DNA of 64,000 nucleotides from Bacteroidota bacterium. Lineage in GTDB: Bacteria > Bacteroidota > Bacteroidia > UKL13-3. Position numbers and translations under genes: made by a program. The stretch spans positions 13,747-77,746 of the forward strand of contig CANKQY010000003.1 in the NCBI GenBank assembly GCA_947485745.1, given 5' to 3'. Positions 55,601-63,726 of this stretch are shown here, piece after piece. Below the pieces are notes generated by a model, which was given only the letters and a program-made list of their open reading frames with translations, did not search any database and was not told where the DNA came from. The stretch's first letter is position 1. The number at the start of each line of letters is the position of its first letter.

Positions 55601-56794
55601 ATGAAGGTTGGAATTCATGCTAAATTCTTTATGGATTGGGGTGGGGGAGTTGATTTTTTAAGACTTCTAATTAGAGGGTTAAAACAAATTCAAAAAGAAG
55701 AGAGGGTAGAAATTGTCTTTCTGGTTCCAATTCCTACAATTCAATCCCAAATAAAATATTCAATAAAGAAGGTAGTGTTTCCAAAAATAAAAAAAAACTT
55801 ACTTGCCCCTAATTTAAACGTTACTAATTTAAAACAATCCTTTTCCAATGAAGGTGATTTTGAATGGATGTATTATAAAGATACAGTTTTGGCATTTAAG
55901 CAAATTTGTATTCAACATAAACTCGATATAATTATTCCTTGCTTTCAAAGTTTAGGGGCCAATTTTCCGATTCCCTGGATTGGATATATTTACGATTTCC
56001 AGCACAAATATTTACCAGATTGGTTTTCTAAGAAGGATATTCAAATGCGCAATGAACAGTTTGGAACTACTCTTTCTGATGCAACTTCTGTAGTAGTAAA
56101 TGCAAAAAGTGTTGCAAAAGATATTGCTCAATTTTATCATCATACCAAATCTGAAATTGTTGCCTTGCCGTTTACTCCACTGTTCGATTTAAACGTATAC
56201 GAATTAGGAGATTTGGTTCAGAAATATAATTTAACCAAAGATTATTTCTTGGTTTCAAACCAGTTTTGGAAACATAAAAACCATAGCACTCTTTTTGATG
56301 CTATGGCTTTGTTTATTAAAACAAATCCTGCTATTAGTCTTGTCTGCACTGGGGAAATGAAAGATTATCGTAATCCAGCATACATAGATTTACTCAATTC
56401 TCAAATTGAGAAATTGGGAATTAAAAATAACTTGATTTTTACTGGATATATTTCAAAACAAGATCAGAAAAGTCTCATGTATCATGCCAAAGCTGTTATT
56501 CAACCAACCTTGTTTGAAGGCGGACCTGGCGGGGGAGCGGTATACGAAGCTCTTGGTATGGGAATTCCTGTGGTACTTTCTGATATTCCTGTAAACAGAG
56601 AAATTGAAAGTTCATTAACTGTGTTTTTTGAGTCTTTAAATGCCCCTGATTTATGTGATAAAATGAAAGATGTATTAAATCTTTCCAGAATGTTGGCAGA
56701 GGAGTTAATTGAGTATAGATTTAATTCAGAGAAAATTTTAGGTTCAACAATTAGCCATGCAATTGCCAATTGTAAAAGTTCTTATGTTGCATAA
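55601..56794 (+). CDS. Glycosyltransferase, GT4-like (GT-B fold)
   Basis: C-terminal EX7E-type motif FEGGPGGGAVYEALGMGIPVV. Confidence 0.75.
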   Translation: MKVGIHAKFFMDWGGGVDFLRLLIRGLKQIQKEERVEIVFLVPIPTIQSQIKYSIKKVVFPKIKKNLLAPNLNVTNLKQSFSNEGDFEWMYYKDTVLAFKQICIQHKLDIIIPCFQSLGANFPIPWIGYIYDFQHKYLPDWFSKKDIQMRNEQFGTTLSDATSVVVNAKSVAKDIAQFYHHTKSEIVALPFTPLFDLNVYELGDLVQKYNLTKDYFLVSNQFWKHKNHSTLFDAMALFIKTNPAISLVCTGEMKDYRNPAYIDLLNSQIEKLGIKNNLIFTGYISKQDQKSLMYHAKAVIQPTLFEGGPGGGAVYEALGMGIPVVLSDIPVNREIESSLTVFFESLNAPDLCDKMKDVLNLSRMLAEELIEYRFNSEKILGSTISHAIANCKSSYVA

Positions 56795-57521
56795 AGAACC
56801 TAAAATATCATTGATTATTGCCACTTATCAAGCTGGTGATCTCTTGCAAGCGTGTTTGGATAGTATTCAAAAACAAAGCTACAAAAATATTGAAGTTGTT
56901 ATTGTCGATGGCGCTTCAACAGATGCTACTTTGTCGATAATTGAATCTAATAATGCCCTTATTTCTACTCATATTTCTGAACCAGATAATGGTATTTATG
57001 ATGCCATGAACAAGGGCATTCAACTAGCAACAGGTGATTTTATTTTGTTTTTAGGTGCAGATGATACATTACTTGTTGATTTGGCCCAAATTGCACCCTT
57101 ATTATGCCAAAGTAATACTATTTATTATGGTGACGTTTTGTTTAAACAAAGTGGGATAAGATACGATGGTGAATTTGGAGCCTATAAATTGGCAGTTAAA
57201 AATATTTGTCATCAGGCAATTTTTTATCCCTCAGGTGTTTTCAAAAATTATTCTTTTGAATTGTCGTATAGATTATTGGCAGATCATGCCTTAAATATAA
57301 AGTTATATGGAGATAAGAACTTTTCTTTTTCTTATTTTTCTTACATTATATCTAGGTATAATCAAACAGGTTTAAGCGCCTCAACCATTGATTCTACCTA
57401 TATTGCGGCAAGAATGAAGTTGATTTATGATAACTTTTCTAGTTTAGTGTATCTTTATGCAAAACTAAGAATGCTTTTTGCTAAATATGTATTACGAAAA
57501 AGGCAATATGCCACCCAATAA
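56784..57521 (+). CDS. Glycosyltransferase family 2
   Basis: The ATG at 56784 gives MLHKEPKISLIIATYQ. VVIVDGASTDAT, EPDNGIYDAMNKG and LGADD (DxD) are present. Confidence 0.85.
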   Translation: MLHKEPKISLIIATYQAGDLLQACLDSIQKQSYKNIEVVIVDGASTDATLSIIESNNALISTHISEPDNGIYDAMNKGIQLATGDFILFLGADDTLLVDLAQIAPLLCQSNTIYYGDVLFKQSGIRYDGEFGAYKLAVKNICHQAIFYPSGVFKNYSFELSYRLLADHALNIKLYGDKNFSFSYFSYIISRYNQTGLSASTIDSTYIAARMKLIYDNFSSLVYLYAKLRMLFAKYVLRKRQYATQ

Positions 57522-57533
57522 TGTTTAACTAGT

Positions 57534-58775
57534 TTGAATAGCCCAATTAAAATAGCGAACAAATTTGAAATGCTTGCCATGTATTCGGTTGGTTTTTCAA
57601 TGGTGTTGAACCTATATATTTTGTCTAGTTTGCTTATTCCGTCGGCTCTAATTATTGTTGCTAGCTTAGCCATTTCATTTTTCTTTTTTGTAAAGCGGTT
57701 TAATTCGACAGATTTTATAAATCAACTGATAAATTGGAACCTTTCTTTTTATATTCTCTTCTCTTTGTTTTTTTATATTATTGCCATTTTGTTAGGGGTT
57801 GCTGAACCTAATTTTAATGATTTGATGCGCGTTACAGGAGCCAGCTTTTATTTCAATTGGGTGTTTTTCACTTGTGATACAGCAGAGAAAATAAAATCTT
57901 TTTTCCTAAGATTCAGTGTGGGATTGTATTTGATTTTATTGGCTCAAGCCATAGTTGAATATTATTTTCCTGTTGAATTTGGTGTATTAGTTTCTGGTGC
58001 AATAACGAAGACTTCCATTAAGGTTTCAACAACCTTATCTGATTCAAATAATTTTGCCGATATCATTATAATTCTTTCTATTATCATCTTAAACTTTTAC
58101 CCTTATAAAAGTTCTAAGCAGTATCGGATATTCTATTTAACACTGATAGTCCTTGGTTTTGTACTTGTAAATATTTCAGGATCTAGGCAGGGATTAATTT
58201 TTTGGGCTTTATTTTTCCTGGGCTTTATTTGGGATTTTGTGAAAGGATTTAGCGTAAAAAAATTAATTCAAATTGGGGTTACAATTGCTATTATAACAAG
58301 TTTAGTGGTTCCAATTCTTATTTCATACTACGAAGAAAACCCTGGCTCTGCTGTAGCGCGTTTGTTTTTTGGTGGAGCAAATTCTGGGGAGAGCACAAAT
58401 TCTAGGTGGTCTACGCTAGAAGCTGGATTTGAATTTATAAAAAGCAATTATTTTTTACTAGGTTCTGGTTCCATAAATTTTGATAAGGCTTGGTTCGATT
58501 TTACAAGCAATGATACTCCTTTGCCACATAACAGCTTTGTTTTTCTATATTGTCAATATGGTGTCTTCACTCTGGTATTGGCTTATCTTTTTTTTAAAAG
58601 TATTCAACGTGCCTTAAAAGCAAGGCAAATTTTAATGGTTTTTGGCTTACTAATTCCCTTCTTTTTTCAACCTAATTTTCCTTACTACGCCCTTTCAATA
58701 TTTGTGCTTTCCTATATCGATGCTTTTTATCTTAGGCAAATTGCAGATAAGGATGATTTTGAATCAATTTCTTAA
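57534..58775 (+). CDS. wzy: O-antigen polymerase/ligase-like membrane protein (Wzy candidate)
   Basis: ~10 TM spans with a large loop after ...NISGSRQGLIFWALFF typical of Wzy_C-type proteins. The start is uncertain (TTG 57534 or ATG 57570). Confidence 0.6.
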   Translation: MNSPIKIANKFEMLAMYSVGFSMVLNLYILSSLLIPSALIIVASLAISFFFFVKRFNSTDFINQLINWNLSFYILFSLFFYIIAILLGVAEPNFNDLMRVTGASFYFNWVFFTCDTAEKIKSFFLRFSVGLYLILLAQAIVEYYFPVEFGVLVSGAITKTSIKVSTTLSDSNNFADIIIILSIIILNFYPYKSSKQYRIFYLTLIVLGFVLVNISGSRQGLIFWALFFLGFIWDFVKGFSVKKLIQIGVTIAIITSLVVPILISYYEENPGSAVARLFFGGANSGESTNSRWSTLEAGFEFIKSNYFLLGSGSINFDKAWFDFTSNDTPLPHNSFVFLYCQYGVFTLVLAYLFFKSIQRALKARQILMVFGLLIPFFFQPNFPYYALSIFVLSYIDAFYLRQIADKDDFESIS

Positions 58776-58841
58776 CTTGCCTTTTGGTATTTCGTTAAAA
58801 AAAATGCTCTTTTGTCTTTTATCCTAAACTAATGTGCTTCT

Positions 58842-59729
58842 ATGAGCCAAATTCAATTATCTGTAATCATACCTTTCTATGAGCAAATTGACTTTCTTTT
58901 AAGGAGTATTCGCTCAATAAAGGTTTCTTTGGATAAAGCGGGAATTTCACCTGAATTTGAACTTATTCTCATTAATGATTCCCCTGGTTTTTCCCTAATT
59001 AGTCTTCAAGAAAATCTAGAAAATAATTTTGATAAGGCCTTCGTTGATTGTATCCTTATTTTATCCAATAAAGAAAATTACGGTGTGGCCATTTCACGAA
59101 ATGTTGGTCTCGATAGTGCAAAAGGGGAGTTTATCCATGTTTTGGATCAAGATGATGAAATAAGTGAGGACTTTTATTTATTGAATATGCAGGCCTTAAA
59201 AACTTCTGATTGGGTGCTTTGTAATGGGTATTTTGCAAATATAAACTTAAACAAAAAGCATTTAATTTATTTGCTTAGGCCGAGTTTAAATATTGATAAT
59301 TTTATACTGGACGATTTTGTTCGATCTCCAGGACAAGTCGTATTTAAAAGGTCCTTGCTAAGTAATTGCCGTTTTATTGCTCCAATTAAGTATAAAGGTG
59401 CCGACGATCGTTTCTTTTGGATATTAATGTATGGTCTTTCTCCAAATATGAAAACCAAATATCTCTCCAAGCCCTTGTATATTGCACATTTACATAAAGA
59501 TAATTTTAGTAATGATAGTCAAGAATTATATCGCTCATGCAAAGAACTCTGGAACGCAATGCCTACAGATGTTTTTGCCAACAAGCAAAAATTAATTAAT
59601 CGTAATAGATTGGCCATTGATTACTTGTTAAAATTAAATAAATCTATACTAGCATTTACAGAGTACTTTCGATATAAATATAGACTCAATAGAATGTTAA
59701 GATTTATTATAAAACATACCTTTGCTTAA
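58842..59729 (+). CDS. Glycosyltransferase family 2
   Basis: LSVIIPFYEQ, LINDSP, NYGVAISRNVG and VLDQDDE (DxD). Confidence 0.8.
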   Translation: MSQIQLSVIIPFYEQIDFLLRSIRSIKVSLDKAGISPEFELILINDSPGFSLISLQENLENNFDKAFVDCILILSNKENYGVAISRNVGLDSAKGEFIHVLDQDDEISEDFYLLNMQALKTSDWVLCNGYFANINLNKKHLIYLLRPSLNIDNFILDDFVRSPGQVVFKRSLLSNCRFIAPIKYKGADDRFFWILMYGLSPNMKTKYLSKPLYIAHLHKDNFSNDSQELYRSCKELWNAMPTDVFANKQKLINRNRLAIDYLLKLNKSILAFTEYFRYKYRLNRMLRFIIKHTFA

Positions 59730-60817
59730 TGGTTAAGATTTTAATAATAAATTCAACCCTTGAGCGAAGCGGTTTAACCAATGTGTTTTATAATTTAGTG
59801 AAACACCTTGATAAAAGCCAATTCGATATTCATATTTTAACACTTTCGAAAGAGCCAATGCACTCGCGTTGGGATGATTTTGAACAATTGAATGTAAATC
59901 TACATAGGCTTCAATTAGAAGGGGTTAGGAGATTTTTTTTTAATAAAACAATCATCCAAGAAAAGATTAATTCTATCGCACCAGATATTATTCATACATT
60001 TAGCTTTAGAGGAAATGTATTTGCAAGCAGATACCTGAAGATATACCCCAGAATAGTAACAATTCAAGCAGATTTGAAAGAGAATTATGAGGTTGATTAT
60101 GGTAGATTCTTTGGCAAAATAGTTGCCGCTATTGAATTACATATAGATAAATCGGCCAATTACATTACTGTTTGTTCTAATACATTAGCCAAAAAGTATG
60201 GTTATTTTAAAAATCTCAGTTGCATACCGAATGGTGTGAGCCAGCAAAATTATTATGCTTTGTCGATTAATGAAAAAGAAAAGCTGAGGCTAAAATTTAA
60301 CCTGGATTTTGATCAGGAAGTTTTTGTTTGTGCAGGATTAATTAATGAACGAAAAGATTCCTTGACGGTTGTAAAAGCATTCTTAGAATATGCTACTCAA
60401 AAACAGGTTCTATTTATGGTTGGTTCAGGTACTTTGCTAGATGCATGTAAAGAACTCGCAAATAATAATCCTCAAATTTATTTTACAGGCATGGTTGATA
60501 CTGTGATGGATTATATTGGCATGGCTGATTTTTTTATAAGCGCATCTTTATCAGAGGGTATGCCAAACGCCGTATTAGAAGCTGGATTTGCTGGTTTAAA
60601 TTTGCTGCTAAGCAATATTCCGGCCCATCTTGAGTTAAAAGAAAACAATTGCATGGGGATGGGCTATTTTGATTCTTCCAACAAAGAAGATTTAGGGCTT
60701 TTAATTCAAAGCTTTCAAAGGTCGGAGGTCAAAATGTCTGAAATTTATTCAGCAAATTCAATGGCATCTTCCTTCCAGGATATATATATTAAATTGGTTG
60801 GGAATAAGCTTAATTAA
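59729..60817 (+). CDS. Glycosyltransferase, GT4-like (GT-B fold)
   Basis: EX7E motif SLSEGMPNAVLEAGFAG. There is a 1-nt overlap with the preceding gene. Confidence 0.8.
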   Translation: MVKILIINSTLERSGLTNVFYNLVKHLDKSQFDIHILTLSKEPMHSRWDDFEQLNVNLHRLQLEGVRRFFFNKTIIQEKINSIAPDIIHTFSFRGNVFASRYLKIYPRIVTIQADLKENYEVDYGRFFGKIVAAIELHIDKSANYITVCSNTLAKKYGYFKNLSCIPNGVSQQNYYALSINEKEKLRLKFNLDFDQEVFVCAGLINERKDSLTVVKAFLEYATQKQVLFMVGSGTLLDACKELANNNPQIYFTGMVDTVMDYIGMADFFISASLSEGMPNAVLEAGFAGLNLLLSNIPAHLELKENNCMGMGYFDSSNKEDLGLLIQSFQRSEVKMSEIYSANSMASSFQDIYIKLVGNKLN

Positions 60818-60861
60818 GGTGTTTTAAGCATTTCTATTTATATTGTGCCTGTATTATACTC

Positions 60862-61431
60862 ATGAACGATTTAAATTATTTTAATTACCTAAAAACCAGA
60901 AGCAAACTAGCATTATTTTACAGAAAAAATATTGTTTACCCAGCTTTAATGAGGGAACTTACTGGCAAAGTTTTAGATATCGGCTGTGGCATTGGCGATT
61001 TTTTAATGTGCAGGCCAAACACGGTTGGAATTGACATTAACCAATTAAATGTAAATCATTGCAAAGAACAGGGTTGGGAGGTGTATTCAATTGATAATAA
61101 TCAATTTCCATTTTCAGAAAATACTTTTGATGGAGCCATTTTAGATAATGTGTTAGAGCATTTAACTGAACCAAATATAACTTTGCTTGAAGCAAAAAGA
61201 GTTCTAAAAAACAGCGGTAAGTTAATTGTTGCAGTGCCGGGTACTAAAGGTTACACAATGGATGATGACCACAAACATTTTTATGATGAAGCAGAAATGA
61301 ATACTTTATTAGCTAGTTTTGGTTTTGTAAATATCAAGTATGTTTATCGCCCTACGTTTTTCAAATCAACTTATTTTAGCAAAAAGTTGTCACAGTATTG
61401 TATTTATGGAGTATTCGAACTCCAAAAATAA
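60862..61431 (+). CDS. Class I SAM-dependent methyltransferase
   Basis: Motif I VLDIGCGIGDF and post-I/II D..F.FSENTFDGAILDNVLEH. Confidence 0.85.
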   Translation: MNDLNYFNYLKTRSKLALFYRKNIVYPALMRELTGKVLDIGCGIGDFLMCRPNTVGIDINQLNVNHCKEQGWEVYSIDNNQFPFSENTFDGAILDNVLEHLTEPNITLLEAKRVLKNSGKLIVAVPGTKGYTMDDDHKHFYDEAEMNTLLASFGFVNIKYVYRPTFFKSTYFSKKLSQYCIYGVFELQK

Positions 61432-61437
61432 GTTACG

Positions 61438-61995
61438 TTAGGCTATTTTCTCAATGGTTTTGGTACGAGTATTATAAATATCTAAACCCTTTAAAAGCTT
61501 TAATCTGTCGGGACCTGTGGCAAAAGTTAGTTGGCCTCCTTGGTTCCTACTTTCTCTAAATTTAGATGCTACATAACCTTGCTCTGCACTTAATGCTGGA
61601 AGTTGTTTAAGTTTATCTTTTCTTACAAAATAGGCATTATTGCCTGCTCGGTTCGAACCGATAAATGCATATCCCTTTTCTTCTGCAAGATCGCAATATG
61701 AAAGCAAAGAGCAACCGCAATATAAATGACTATGGTGTTTGTTTTGCCTTACAAAATCTGCTTCATATGGAATTGTCCAGGCTTGGTTCGAGCCAAAAAT
61801 ACTATTGTATTCCATTATTACTAAGGTTGGATTTATGCAGGTAATGGCGTTCCAAATATGGTAATCATTGCCATCAATATCAATATGCAATAGGCCAAGT
61901 TTATTAGCAAAGCCAGCTTCAGAATTTTGTTTGTTTATAGCTGATAAAACTTGGCTATTTAGCAGTTTTACTGACTCTATTTGTTTAATTATCAA
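61438..61995 (-). CDS. Hypothetical protein, opposite strand to the rest of the polysaccharide locus; possibly N-terminally truncated
   Basis: It starts at TTG, with no upstream in-frame ATG before a stop ~15 codons upstream. It contains LLHIDIDGNDYHIW, which I cannot confidently assign to a family. Confidence 0.4.
   Translation of the reverse strand: MIIKQIESVKLLNSQVLSAINKQNSEAGFANKLGLLHIDIDGNDYHIWNAITCINPTLVIMEYNSIFGSNQAWTIPYEADFVRQNKHHSHLYCGCSLLSYCDLAEEKGYAFIGSNRAGNNAYFVRKDKLKQLPALSAEQGYVASKFRESRNQGGQLTFATGPDRLKLLKGLDIYNTRTKTIEKIA
61650..61659. repeat. Iterated decamer, perfect palindrome form GGTTCGAACC
   Basis: Exact match inside the reverse-strand orphan ORF; the sense strand reads GGT TCG AAC CGA (G-S-N-R). 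Confidence 0.95.
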
Positions 61996-62130
61996 GCGGT
62001 TTTGCTTTGGAATTTCCTTAAATGATTTTATGATTCTTTAAAACTTATTTAACATTTTTGTGCGTGAAATTACAAACAATTTATATAAAAAGTAATTGGT
62101 AAACCTACTTTATTTCCTTTTATTTGCTAT

Positions 62131-62949
62131 GTGGGCCAAAGAATTAAAATTAGTGCTTCTATTGTTATTTATAAGCATCGATATGCTCAAGTTGCCGAGT
62201 TAATTGAGTCTTTTCTCTTAATACCATTTGAGGTTCGTTTGCATATAATAGATAATTCACCCCAAAACAGCTTAGAGCAAGAATTACCTAAATCTGATAT
62301 TATTCAATACCATTTTTGTAATGCCAATTTGGGTTATGGTAAAGCCCATAATAAGGCAATTAGAATGGTGCTTGATTGGGCAGAATACCACATAGTTTTG
62401 AACCCAGATATTTTGTTTGAACCTAATGCTATTGAAGCTTTGGTTGATTATATGAGGGTAAAACCTAATATAGGTTTATTAATGCCTAAAGTTCTTTACG
62501 CAAATGGCGAAAATCAATTTTTATGCAAACTTTTCCCCACCCCTTTCGATTTAATTATGCGTAGATTTATTCCTGGATTCTTAAAGGCTAAATTGCAAGT
62601 TCGATTGGATCAGTATGAATTAAAACATAAGAATTACAATCAGGTTATGGAGGTGCCAAATCTTTCTGGTTGCTTTATGTTTTTGCGCATGGATGTCTTA
62701 AAAATTGTAGGATTGTTTGATGAAAGTTTCTTTATGTATTTAGAAGATACCGATTTAAGTAGGCGAATAAATTTACAGTTTCAAACCATTTATTATCCTA
62801 AAGTTTCTATCGTTCATCAGTACGAAAAGGGTTCATATAAAAGCCTCAAATTGCTTAAATACCATATTGTTTCGGCATTTAGATACTTTAATAAATATGG
62901 TTGGTTTTTTGATACAGTTCGTTATACCATTAATGGCATTCAGAAATAA
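62131..62949 (+). CDS. Glycosyltransferase family 2 (rhamnosyltransferase-like subtype)
   Basis: SIVIYKH, IIDNSPQN, GYGKAHN, LNPDI and FMYLEDTDLSRR. GTG start. Confidence 0.8.
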   Translation: MGQRIKISASIVIYKHRYAQVAELIESFLLIPFEVRLHIIDNSPQNSLEQELPKSDIIQYHFCNANLGYGKAHNKAIRMVLDWAEYHIVLNPDILFEPNAIEALVDYMRVKPNIGLLMPKVLYANGENQFLCKLFPTPFDLIMRRFIPGFLKAKLQVRLDQYELKHKNYNQVMEVPNLSGCFMFLRMDVLKIVGLFDESFFMYLEDTDLSRRINLQFQTIYYPKVSIVHQYEKGSYKSLKLLKYHIVSAFRYFNKYGWFFDTVRYTINGIQK

Positions 62950-63722
62950 TGAAAGTATCTGTTATAACTGCTGTATTCTCCAATCAAGCTATTATTCATG
63001 ATGCAATAAACTCTGTGCTTTCTCAAAAGAATGTGGAGATTGAATACATTATTGTGGATGGAGGCTCTACAGACGGAACGGTTGAGATGGTTTTATCTTA
63101 TGGAGATAGCATTTCAAAATTTATTTCAGAACCAGATGATGGTGTCTATTTTGCGCTAAATAAAGGTATTGCCATGGCTACAGGCGACATTATAGCATTG
63201 CTACATAGCGATGATTTTTATGCGCATCCCTATGTACTTTCTCAAGTTGTTGAGGCTTTTCAAGTTACCGGATGTGATGCAGTTTACTCTAACTTGTATT
63301 ATGTTAAGGGGAGTAATACAAACAAAATAGTGCGATTGTGGGATTCGGGGTTATACAAAATGAATGATTTTTATTTAGGTTGGATGCCTCCTCATCCTGC
63401 CTTTTTCGCGAAAAGAGAAGTTTATTTAAAATATGGTTCCTTTAATACCAAGTTAAAAAGCGCAGCTGATTATGAACTCATGCTAAGGCTAATATTTAAG
63501 CACAATATTAAGTTACAGTATATTCCAAAGTTTTTTGTTAAGATGCGCACCGGTGGCGCTAGTAATCGTTCTATTCTGAACCGAATAAAGGCAAATATTG
63601 AAGATAGAAGGGCGTGGCAAATCAACAATCTCTCCCCAAAATGGTATACGCTTTTATTGAAGCCATTGGTGAAATTATTTCAATACCGATTTTTTAGTTA
63701 TTTTCGACCTGATAATTCTTAA
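62949..63722 (+). CDS. Glycosyltransferase family 2 (same subtype as 56784..57521)
   Basis: VSVITAVFS, IIVDGGSTDGT, EPDDGVYFALNKG and LHSDD. Confidence 0.85.
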   Translation: MKVSVITAVFSNQAIIHDAINSVLSQKNVEIEYIIVDGGSTDGTVEMVLSYGDSISKFISEPDDGVYFALNKGIAMATGDIIALLHSDDFYAHPYVLSQVVEAFQVTGCDAVYSNLYYVKGSNTNKIVRLWDSGLYKMNDFYLGWMPPHPAFFAKREVYLKYGSFNTKLKSAADYELMLRLIFKHNIKLQYIPKFFVKMRTGGASNRSILNRIKANIEDRRAWQINNLSPKWYTLLLKPLVKLFQYRFFSYFRPDNS

Positions 63723-63726
63723 TTTT

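Noticed and set aside
1358-61659. Decamer abundance explained as a by-product of codon usage and a common Gly-Leu-Asn peptide.
   Set aside because: Other G-L-N tripeptides in the window use different codons (GGT TTA AAT near 60593; GGA TTG AAC/AAT in the MFS and TonB-receptor genes). Four coding copies are in other frames and three are intergenic. A rough product of tripeptide and codon frequencies predicts well under one copy. A proper codon-shuffled null is still needed.
48886-63722. The polysaccharide locus considered as a discrete mobile element or genomic island with defined ends.
   Set aside because: There is no integrase, transposase, tRNA gene or direct-repeat boundary. Only compositional and decamer-density hints exist, and these are reported as a finding, not as a mobile_element feature.
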